A DNA stretch of 64,000 bases from Perna viridis. Taxonomy: Eukaryota. Position 1 is the first letter of the stretch; every line of letters starts with the position of its first letter. The stretch is from assembly GCA_037379345.1 (NCBI GenBank), contig CM074514.1:11284001-11348000 (forward strand). Direction: 5' to 3'. Shown in pieces: positions 14,301-24,557 of the stretch. The position numbers and the translations under genes are program-made. The notes under the pieces are model-generated. The model was not told the DNA's origin and searched no databases. It saw only the letters and a list, made by a program, of their open reading frames with translations.

Positions 14301-17288
14301 AATTTTATATCCAGAATGGAGCCTTAATAATCATAATTGTTTGTGTTGTATGATAATGTAAAGTTTTATGTACAGAAAAGTTAATTTGTAAAAAACTTGT
14401 GAAAATGTATGTAAACCACATGAACTCTAAGGAAGTATTTACAAACACCTCCTTCCTGGTTTTTCAGTATTTTAATATAATTGTTATAATATGGAATTGT
14501 ATTCCAGTTTGAATTGAATATTTTATTGTATATTAAATATTTGATATGTGTGTGTTTTTTTTTTTTTTTCAGACAACAGCTTGCTCAGACATTATTCTTT
14601 GAAAGTAGTGCATCTCATAGAGTTGTAGAAAAGTATGTGTGATGTAAAAATAATTTACCTTAGATTTTTATGCTGAAGTTATACATTGATCTTCCATATT
14701 TTAGTCAATGTTTACTCTTCCATTAATGCTTTAGATTTGTTTGGTAACTCAGTTATATAAATGAACCTAATCTTGAGGAATATTACTATTTTTTCCCAAG
14801 ATTCTTTAATGTCATGATGTACAATAATCCATATTTTTATTTAAGAAGTTTATATTTTACATTCTGAGATTATATTTTATTTATACATGCATAGTTACCT
14901 GAGAATAATGGTATTTTTCAGATTTTTAAAGATATTAGAACTAGTGATCCAGGAACCCGGATCTACATTTAAGTCCTTTATACCCAGTGTTATCTGTATA
15001 TGTTTAGATCATATCTATCCTATAATTGCTCAGGTATATATTTATCAGATATGGGTAAACACAATTTTAGTGATGTGACATTTTGATATTTATTATAAGT
15101 TAAAGTAAATAAGATTTTAATTTATGTTAATATGCTATTTTTAACTTTTCATTGAAAATTTAAGGAAGCAAACAATTTTGTACTTGGATCATTTTTAAAA
15201 TGTGTGGCTTTGATATGTAATGATATAAAAAATCTTCAATTTCATTGAACTGTAGTCTAGGTAATGTAATTTCTAAGACCACCCCATTTTCTCTTTTTAT
15301 GACATTATAAATTATTTACATGGTTTTTGTGTTGAAGAATTGCTAATGCTGACTACTGCTGTGGTATAAACATAGCCTCAACCTTTCAGTTGTTCAAAAT
15401 AAAAATGGCCTGCTAACAAATGATTAACTTTGATTTGCCTTTTCAGTTTTCCTACTTTATTTTTAGCGACCTGAACCAGATATTAAATTGGTTCTTTACA
15501 AGCTACTCCATGAACTTCTGGTTCATAACTGGAGGTACTTCTTCAAAACCAGTATTCTGAAGACAATGAACAATATTCCTGAACAAGTGGAGAATGTTCC
15601 ACAGTTCCAGTCTATACTGCAGGTACATAGAAATCTAGTAGGCAAATATCAGCGAAAAAAAAATACTGAACAATTTAGAGACATCAGAATCCAAAGACAT
15701 GGCCAAAACATAAAGAAAAACAGAAATGATCCACATACACAATGTAAACAACAGAATAAAATTCACTTACAAATAAAAACCGAAGATATGAAAAAATACA
15801 AGACACTAAAAACTAAAGGACATGCTATATGAACTTAAACACCCCCCCCCCCCCCCCACAAAAAAAAATGAGTGTCATCAGGTTCTGTTCTGTGCTGCCA
15901 GATGCAAGGAAATAAATATGAAATTTATTGGGAGATTATGAGTTTCAGTGTAAAATGTTCAAGGAGACTGTCAAAATTGATACAGTAATGAATTTGATTA
16001 AAGTCTGTTTTAAGTTCTTACAATTCAATAATTATATAATCACAATTTCAGCATTAAAAGGACTTGTTCTCCTGTATACTGATTTTATATTTCTAGTCGT
16101 ATGGACAGTCATTTTTACAACCAGATATTGATGTATTTAGACAAAATTTAGAATCACTAGAGAATCTCAACTTTAAATGGAAGTTGTACAGCAAGGTAGT
16201 TGATTTTCACACTTAACAGGCTGATTTTATTTTTATTATATTTATCTATAATATATATAAAAAAAAAATTAAAATTATTAAAATATTTTTGGTGACACAA
16301 AAGATGAAACTACAAGACAATTGTACAAGTATTGTTTAACAAAAATGTATGATAAAATAATGACATGTCACATTATATAGATTATTTGTAGTACATGTAA
16401 ATATTTTAATTGGTGATACACTTATTTCATACCCCACAGAAATTTAGAAATTGTTTTATATTAAAGATTTAGGGGAAAAGAAGTCAAGTGAATTTTGAAA
16501 GTGAAATAAAACTTAGTATTATAACAAAGTGTATCTTAAAGTGTTTTTATTTCCAGAAAATATTTGCTGAAGGAATGTTGACACAGTTCTTGAATGTACT
16601 TTTACAAGTGTTAGTCCACCGATCACATGATCTCCTTCAAGAGGAGATAACTGTTACAATATACAATATGGCTTGTGTTAACCTTGACAATTTTTACACA
16701 AGTTTCCTTCACCAGTTTCTTGCTGAGTGTGAAGGTGTTACTCCAGACCAAAAGAATGTCCTGCATCAGAACTTCACATCAGACAAGGTAAACATTGCTT
16801 GATTCATGTTGTATTACATGTTTCTGTAAGAACCAGAATAGATATAAATCAGAGTGAACTATTTTTGCCATGTGCTACTCATGGTGGTCATATGGAATAA
16901 CAACAAATTTGGAAAAATATGAAAAAAGGTACTGTAACAGTGATATTAGAATTAAAACATTTTACAGAGTTTAAAGATCACTTTATTTACCATAGGCTGT
17001 CAGTTTATGTTATCATCACTTGGGGTATATAATCAATATAAATGGTCAATCTGTGGTAAAACAAGTTATAAGCTTGAGTCTCCCTAAATTAATCCATTAT
17101 TTCTTAACTTTGAGATAGTTTTAGAGAAGTTTGTATTAGAACATGTTCCTGATTTTAGTTAGAATTATACACATCTTTCTTTCCAGGATTTACCATCATT
17201 TAGCCATAGTATCCAGAGACTAGTGAATGATCTGAGATATTACAGGCAGGTCAACAGTTGTCTACCTGAAGGATCTGTCAAGTTCTAA
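877..17288 (+). CDS. XPO6: Exportin-6 (importin-beta family, profilin-actin nuclear export receptor), 5'-partial, 19 exons
   Basis: Exons rebuilt with AG/GT boundaries and matching phases: 877-1014, 2058-2493, 3953-4079, 5516-5619, 5968-6076, 6340-6432, 6955-7184, 7686-7778, 9733-9883, 10118-10264, 12495-12684, 13303-13458, 13761-13881, 14573-14632, 14922-15033, 15467-15622, 16097-16195, 16557-16787, 17187-17288 (TAA). Peptides recognised as XPO6: ATPPPSPTSGE, FSWIPLSATITPQLLSTIFHFAGFGC, MNCINELLSKNCVP, YLEKFTDFLKLFVSIHLRRFE, QLEELDDDILDDDSETEWQQFLRHSLEVVAKV, LLQVLVHRSHDLLQEEI, DLPSFSHSIQRLVNDLRYYR. Confidence 0.95.
1258..1436. mobile_element. Palindromic MITE-like element in an XPO6 intron
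   Basis: Inverted ends GTTAGTGAATGACTGTTATATTTTTTCGGTC ... GACCAAAAAATATAACAGTCATTCACTAAC. A related copy (GAATGACT...AAATAACCTCAAT...GTGCACAC...AGTCATTC) is at 62436-62583. Confidence 0.7.
3290..3875 (+). mobile_element. Non-autonomous Helitron/Helentron-like element with internal tandem units, copy 1
   Basis: Internal units TTTTATTGGATTCC...TTATAAGGGGTCAAA and an end segment AAACTAATATTGT..CTTGCCCAAACTGTTCAGGGT..TCATGCTGC..CAAAGCTTTT, shared with 11800-12385. Family assignment is by resemblance to bivalve satellite-carrying Helitron elements; boundaries are approximate. Confidence 0.55.
7861..8260 (+). repeat. Dispersed interspersed repeat (SINE-like); fragments also at ~5139-5210 and ~45661-45701
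   Basis: GAGAATG(G/T)AT(A/G)TGGTGA(A/G)TA(T/C)GTCAAAGAG occurs three times in the window; the copies at 5139 and 7861 also share ACCCACC..ATGAAAA.TGTCAGCTCAAGGCCA. Confidence 0.65.
8891..9614. repeat. AT-rich foldback-like array of ~21-22-bp units in both orientations
   Basis: Repeated TTTTCTAATATTACAAATTCA and its reverse complement (GAATTTGTAATATTAGAAAA). The array ends directly at the first duplicated XPO6 acceptor. Confidence 0.8.
9615..9752 (+). repeat. 54-bp tandem repeat (about 2.6 copies) spanning an XPO6 3' splice site
   Basis: Unit ATATTTCCAG|ACAAGCTCAGGCCATAGCATGTGAAAGCCTATTGTCATAATGTT; the AG dinucleotides end at 9624, 9678 and 9732. Confidence 0.95.
10761..10910. repeat. ~40-bp near-perfect inverted repeat (hairpin/MITE) in an XPO6 intron
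   Basis: TAACAACACTCCATTCTACTTTCTGTTCTGATGACCTTT (10761-10799) pairs with AAAGGTCATCTGAACAGAAAGTAGAATGGAGTGTTGTTA (10872-10910); 1 mismatch. Confidence 0.9.
11300..12390 (+). mobile_element. Non-autonomous Helitron/Helentron-like element, copy 2, with ~145-bp internal tandem units
   Basis: Three units start near 11803, 11950 and 12092; the 3' end is homologous to 3788-3872. Left boundary is approximate. Confidence 0.55.
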
Positions 17289-18586
17289 TCCTATGCATTA
17301 TACTCAGCATTAGAGAGATCCGATTTAAAATCATTCGTTCCAGTAACACTGAATGAAATTGAACTGAATACTGTTTATTTTCCCTGTTCTTTTTTCCATC
17401 GCATCCTTTTCTTGGCCTTAAATGTGACACAGCATCTTTCAAAGTTCTTTCCAAATTTTACCTTTATGGTCATTCTCTTCCTTCAAAAGAAAATGTTTTT
17501 TTTTTTTTTTCAGAATGATGATAGTTGTTAGAGATTGTAATTTTGTTTTGATAATGTCATAGTTGTTAACATTTCAGTTTTGTCGGTAGCCTTTCACTAT
17601 TCACTTGATATGTTTTGCACAATATTTTTCAATTCTAGATGTCTTGCCCAAATGGAAGGTTCAAATGTTTATTTAACTCTTTGCTATCAATTGGCATTAG
17701 TTATCATTCATTATATGGATATGTTATTGTATTTTCAGTGCCAAATACACAAATGTTAAAGGGTGAATATGTCACTATTGGACATTTAAACAATGATATT
17801 TATATGTAGAAATGAATGTCTGCAGTTGATTTATATATTGCTGCTAAGAATACAATTACACTCTTAAACTCTTGTGCAGAAATTCTTTAATATGGTTCAA
17901 CTTTATATACCGGAACCTTGCTACCAAAAGTTTGTACAGCCTTCTTAAGAGAAGAGATTTATTTCTACATTTATGCAAAACAGATATTGTAATCATAGCA
18001 AATTAATAAATATTTTTTTAGAATCATGCAAAATGTGATACATGGTTGGAAAGCCTACATATTTTTATTTTTGATATTTTGTTTAAAATGCTTTAGTAAA
18101 CAGAAATTAACATTTGGTTTTTCATATAACCCATATGTATAGGAGATAAAAATTACATAGAATGCACTGTAGATTTCAAAATTATGGGAGGTAACTCTAT
18201 AAATGACACTCAAATACACTAGAATCTACTGGATTTTCAATGTTGATTATCTCCTAAGAGCAGACAGATCGGAATGAATAATTACACATATCATAGTATA
18301 GACCCATAAAACAACGTAATTACAAAAATAAAACTATGTAGCCTTTTTCAGGGTGTATCACATTTTTCAGACTTTGCATGATTCTTACAAAGACAGCTAC
18401 TTAAGTCCTTTTTCCAAAAAAAAAACAACTTCAGTTGCTGTTGTATTGTAGAACTTGAATACTTATCAAGTTTGATAAATTACTTTCTGATGGTGCTTTA
18501 ACTGTGGGTATGTGTGCTTATGTAATGTAACTGTGATATGTTTGGAGAACTATAAAATTTAACAAATTTTGATACCATGATTTTGA

Positions 18587-18930
18587 TTTTTAGCTCACCT
18601 GGCCAAAGGCCTTGTGAAATATTGCCATCACTTTGTGTCCATTTTGCCCTTCAAAAATTTTCAAAACTTTTCTTCTCTGTCACATCTTGACTAATTAAAA
18701 CCAAACTTGGTAAGAATTTTTCTTGGGGCATCCTGCATATAACTGATGTGGGGATTTTTTATCTGTAAAAAAGCATGGCCGCCATTACTAAAAATAGAAC
18801 GTAGGGGTCAGATAGAAGTTTTCGCATATATATCCTAAACCAATTCTGACAGGATAAAAGTGTTTAGCACGATGATCTAGCGTTGGTCAATCTTTTGTTT
18901 TAATTTGAAATGCTATGTTGGAGTTAATGC
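18587..18930 (+). mobile_element. Helitron-N-like non-autonomous element fragment
   Basis: Starts TTTTTAGCTCACCTGGCCAAAGGCC.TGTGA..TATTGCCATCACTT and contains AACCAAACTTGG and CATGGCCGCC motifs, typical of bivalve Helitron-derived elements (recognised from memory, not searched). Confidence 0.5.
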
Positions 18931-19515
18931 CCTGTTATTTGAGACTGAGTATGCAGTATTCATTAGTCTTACCTGATGATATGGTTTCAAAATCTACAAC
19001 AGTATGCATTGGCAATTATATTTTCTCCAGTCTACCACTATTACATAGGTTTCCAATAGTGAACAGCATGTGATCCCAAATCTTAGGCTGAGAAGAATGA
19101 GAAAAAATGTAAAATTATAAAAAAGCATTTTTTGAAGTAAAAACATGAAAAATGAACAAAATGTTATAATTCAAATTAATAAATTTCAATAATCTTGTTT
19201 TCACTTTTGTATCATTAAAACAAGTGAATTTTTGATGATTTTCTTGAGGAAATACATTGCTCCCTGTTTTGCTTTTGATAATGTCCGGATGATTAATACT
19301 AGCATTTCTAGAACAAACTTCATAAATTATTCAAATTCAGTTAAAATGCCCCAATAGGAACAGAAAATTGGCCGGACATTTTGAACACTGTAAACAACTC
19401 AAATGCTTTGATTTCAATAAAACAAAGTTTGAATTGCAAGAAAACACATAAGATAGCTCCTGACAGGTTGATTTATGTCCAATACAAAATTTTGAACATG
19501 CCCAGTGTATTTTGG

Positions 19516-19920
19516 TAGTGAATTACGTTACTTCTGAACACCCATGTTGAATAATAATAGTTTCATCATACAATTATTCAAAACTGCGCTTCAAATGATA
19601 TCATTTGATATATCAGCAATAAATTCTCAACACGCAACAAATATTTGTTCAAAAATTTTTATCTTTTTTAAGATACTCATATTTTATAACATCTAATCAA
19701 AAAAATAATAAAACAAAATGAAATTGAAAAAAAAAAAATAATCATCGTTATTCTTTGGAAACATAATTAGCAAAAGATGAATGCCAATTTAGCAGTATAT
19801 TTCCATTCATACATCTTTAAGGTGATACATGTACATACAAAACAAATGTGCATTCAAATCCATTTGGAATGTTTAAAATTAGCTTAAAGGGAATGACTGA
19901 CTTTGTAACGTAATTCACTA
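19516..19920. mobile_element. MITE with perfect 16-bp terminal inverted repeats
   Basis: TAGTGAATTACGTTAC (19516-19531) pairs with GTAACGTAATTCACTA (19905-19920). Solo right ends at 21696-21708 and 22113-22128. Confidence 0.7.
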
Positions 19921-20299
19921 ATAACAGTGTATTATATATTCCATGGCTTTCTCATGTTTTAATTGGAGCACATAACAAAATTGGAAGGATAAACCCAAAA
20001 AGAACTAATTGCAATATTTGGCAAGTAATATTTGAAAAAAATATTTTTATAATATCTGTTAAGTTTGTCATTTTTATAAACGCCACATGAAGAAATATCG
20101 AAGTCTTCAGTGGCATGTAATGAAACGATAAAGGTACAATTGGTTCGATCAATTGTTTAACATATTATAACAAATATTTCTAGTATACTTCCAAAACATA
20201 AGATGTTTGAGTAATCTTCTACCAGAAATTATTATAATGTCTACATTAAATGTAAAGTAATTCACAGAAACAACTTTTCGCTTATATTGTAAAGTCAAT

Positions 20300-21055
20300 T
20301 GAAAAAGTAATCAAGGGAACCAAGATTCTAGTGAAATTAAAAGAATGTAATCCAGGGGCAATGACCAGACACGGATAACAGATAAACATAACAAAGAACA
20401 TAAAGTAACTAAGATAATACATACAAAGTAACAAAAGCAAATGAGCAACTCGGTCTCCACCAAAAACTGGGAGCATGGACCAGGTGCACCGATAGGGTAA
20501 GTATCCTCTGCTTTTCCAGAAACATCTGTCGAGCTGCTCATAAAAAGTAAAATGTGGGGTAGACAAAAGAGGAAAGGAAAACTGTGATACATTCAACAAA
20601 TTAGTTTTCATGGTGCAGATGGATACACCTTAACCATCCACGAGTTCATGATGACGACCATAAAACTTCTGTAGTGATGACTTCAAATTTGTAGCAACAT
20701 AACCCTGTTCCAGAAGCCTAATTGCAATAAGTCTAGCGTGATACAAAATGTCTACGTACTAGTTACAGCAAGCTCTGGCATAATGTATAAGTTGTGATAT
20801 GAAAACCATATGCAGGCTGAAGGGATGTTGCAAGAGATGAAAGGAAAGTTGACAATTCTGAATGAAAAGTCATCACCTTTATTGTAAAGTTTGGTCAATA
20901 GTTTTCATTTACCATCGATCTCTGTGTAGGTCAAGATATGAGGCAGACTTCACATTGCCTGTAGTATCCTTTATCTCAAGTTCTTTGGGGAAGATGCGAT
21001 GTATCCCTGAAACTAGGATTGTTTAAAGATAATACATCATCTATATAGCTGAGAA
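20300..21055 (-). mobile_element. Degraded Penelope-like retroelement fragment (RT C-terminal part plus 3' non-coding tail)
   Basis: The minus strand translates, across frameshifts, to YIDDVLSLNNPSF...FPKELEIKDTT...SASYLDL...DDFSFRIVNFPF...RLLEQGYVAT.LKSSLQKFYGRHHELVD, including the RT YIDD motif. The PLE assignment is from motif recall. Confidence 0.75.
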
Positions 21056-23644
21056 ATTGAAATTTATTGTTGGTATATCCTTAAAGATGCATTATCAAAT
21101 ATTTTATTGTAGTTATGCTTGAGTTCAATATATATGCTTTGTTTTCAAGTGATCTGAATAAACAAAAACAAAAAATAATTTATCTATGTCAGTTCAGGAA
21201 GAAGCACACATGTCTTTTTTGTGATTACTTAATTTCTTGCAATGTTTAAATAGTTTTTGAATGGCTTTTGTTTCTTCGAAGGTTATTCCTATATTTGTTT
21301 ATCATTAATTCAATGTTTCTCAAGACAAATTGTCATGTAAAACCATTTTATTTAATCAAATACACAGTTTAATTTAAGAACCGGTGAATTATGTTACACC
21401 ATAATATATACCAATGCTTAATTTATTTATAATACATAGCACTATACCTTTGTCATAACATACATATATTCTCCGTTTCTAAATTAAATTAAACCGAAAA
21501 TCAATAATATCTAAATAATAGCACATAACAGAAATTAAGGACATCTATGACTTGAGGGAATGTTTACCTTAGGAACGCCAAAAACTTGTTCCCGTGTCAC
21601 AACTTCCCATCTAAAGATAGGCGATGTCACTGATAATGATTTATAGTTAATTTGTTCCGAGAACAGTGTTTTTTATCAGTTTAAAAGAAGTTACCGTAAC
21701 GTAATTCATGGATTTGTACTTGACCAAGAATGTGTAAAAATATATAGCACCTGAAAAATCTGTTTAAGATTCATTTATGACTGACATTGATTTGTGTTTA
21801 GATAAGAATATGGAAAGTTTGCTACCACCATTAACAGATGCAATAGACACCGTGTGAAATCAAATCAAATAAGCTTTATTTAAAGTCGGCAAGTTATGTA
21901 ACAAAACAACATAAGCTTTCAAAGAGCTTTTATAACCAACATAGGATTGCACATTTGGAAAAAAGATAAAAATCATGTATATTTCAATAAAAACATTATC
22001 CTTTACGTGTGAATCATTCCTTTTTATCTTGTTTATAATTTTATGATATTTTTTCCTCGCATAGACTTACTGTATGTGTCAGTTACATTTGCATTACAGC
22101 TTCAGGAAAATTGTAACGTAATTCACTGTGTTTCGTGGGACATCCGTATTTTGTGGATTTTTTTTTTAAATCGTTTTCGATGTTAAAATAACTGTTAAAA
22201 TTGTGTTTTCTAGCCATTTTTCTCCCTAGAAAATTTATTGGGCGTTCTTCATTTGGGATATATTGCCTTTCTGATCAGTTTCATCTCTTCGAATTGATAT
22301 TTTGGTAGATGGAATTGTTATCTGATTAAGGATTTGTAATTTTAACTCAATTCTTTCTTCAATCCAATGTACAGAATCAATGTATTTTTTACATTGCTTT
22401 GTTTTAATTCGTCCCAAAATATTACAGTTAAGGTGCTTATCAAGTAGAACTTAACATACAATTTCACAAGCAGACAAGGAACTATCCGAACTAATGTTTG
22501 ACGGGGAGCATTAGTGATGATGAAAAACAAGATAGCACAAAGTTGATGGAATGTTATACAATACGTATTTCTTCTTCACTTTGAAGTGAGATGCTTTTAC
22601 CCAACCGCCTTCAAGAGTAACTTGTGATGTAACAGTCTTCTTCATTCCAGGGACCCTGGTTAAAAAAGTGTTTATCCACGATATTGATAGTGAAAACACA
22701 TCGATTTGCTGTGACGTAGACATCATTACTAATGGGCCTCGAAATATCTTTAGTTGTGCTATAGTTCTTCAGTTTCTTAAGTTCTGGAGTTTTTTGTATT
22801 TTTTTTTCTTGTATTTCGTTGGATTTATATTCTTTGAATCTTTACGATTTCTGTAACACCAGGCTTTGAAAAAGTAAGAAGTAGCAATACCGTAAATACT
22901 GGCAATCCTTTAACAACACCGAGAATACCAAAGGACATGGTGACATCCTTGACGAAAACAAAAACAAAAAGAGAAAAATACACAAGAACTAATAAAGTTA
23001 ATAGTAAAACTAAAAACTCGAACCTACTAAAGTTGGGGTGATCTCAGGCGCTTCGAAAGTATGAGCAGTTTCTGTTGCTTGCATAACGGCCGCCATATAC
23101 TACTGGCTGAAGCTCAAGTCAAAGAGGAAAGAAGTTTATGAGTGATGGAATTTGTTGATTATATATAAAGCGGATGCTCTTTGTCACTCCATCGATCCAT
23201 GATCATGATCCAAAGAACTTTAGAAATGTTCCTACAACTGTCATGAGACATAACATATCTAGGATAAGTAGTTAATAAAACTATAGAGCATGTTCAGAAC
23301 TCAACGCTCGTCTACATGAACTGTCGACACAAGCCACCGTTTGAACAGATGTTGGTAGTACTTAGGGGGCTAGAGTCTGTCTGAAACGGGGGTCTTTGAC
23401 TGTCGAGCCGCCAACGATAATCTGGAAAATGTGTATCACATGCACTCACCGGACATGTCAAATTTGTTCTTCTATTTTAATTTCTTTCATGCTTGCTCTG
23501 TATATGCTTTTTGTTGGTTTTGTCTTTGTTGATTTTAACCTTTATCAGTCTGTTTAGTTTGTTTTATGATATGGTTTTATTGAACTTTTATCGACCATGA
23601 TTTCACTTTCATTTAATAATCAGTTACATGTATATTACAAGAGA

Positions 23645-23990
23645 AAAATATGCACTTCATTTTTTTATTTATATTAGAGGTCAATAAAGGAACATCACAA
23701 AAAATAAGTAACTTGTCACACTATTCTTGCAAAGGATCATACAGCACTTAACATTTATATATCATAGTCCCTGATAGCTCTATAATAGCCCATACATAAA
23801 TAAATATTAAATATATAAATAGTCTATAAACACTAAACAACACAGAACTAAAATAGAGCTAGATCACACCAGAGTCTAATGCAGAGCTTAGTCCGGCAGC
23901 ACTTGTGTAGTAGTTAATATTGTCCTTATAAATGTCTTGTCCAAATCACCTCACCTTCGCAGGAAGACGACAAGCTGGTCGGCAATCAAT
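23645..23990 (-). other. Terminal 3'UTR exon of MHC-A with candidate poly(A) signal
   Basis: Donor GTATGT 3 nt after the stop (24554); pyrimidine-rich acceptor TCTCTATCTTTTCAG at 23991; minus-strand AATAAA at 23669-23664. Confidence 0.6.
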
Positions 23991-24557
23991 CTGAAAAGAT
24001 AGAGAAGAGAATAAGAGGACTACTGGTGGTGCGTGTAGTATATGTACTTCATTTAATATGTAGACAGTCCGGTAGATAATCTTTAGTCATCTCATTAGAA
24101 TTAACTTTATCTACAATTAACTTAACTTCTTGCAGTATTTAACTTGAGCTCCCAGTTTAGGTGAAGTCCATGCTTGCTTCTTTATTCTTTAGTTTCTGTG
24201 TGTGTTATTTGAGCTAACTTGTGTTACTTGTGGTATTTTGTCTGTTTTTCTAGTTTTGTCCTTGGATTACCATACCCTGTTCATCGTTTTAATCATAGTC
24301 TGTAAATGCTTTTACCTTTAAGCAATTCCCAGTATAATGGTAAATTATAGAAATGAGATTATAGAAATGAAACTATAGGCTATAGGTTTTATTGCAGCCG
24401 AGTATATATTGTAGTACCACTGTTTTTTATACATCTTTAATTAATTTTTGTTAGGTCTTAGTCTAGAACAACGTGCCTTTGGGGTTTTAAAATGACTTAT
24501 TCCCATTCTTATGATTGCTGTTGTTATGGTGGTAGTCACATGTTAGGTACATACCAT

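Noticed and set aside
20282-20611. 109-aa and 93-aa minus-strand ORFs
   Set aside because: They lie in the non-coding tail of the retroelement relic and show no recognisable domain.
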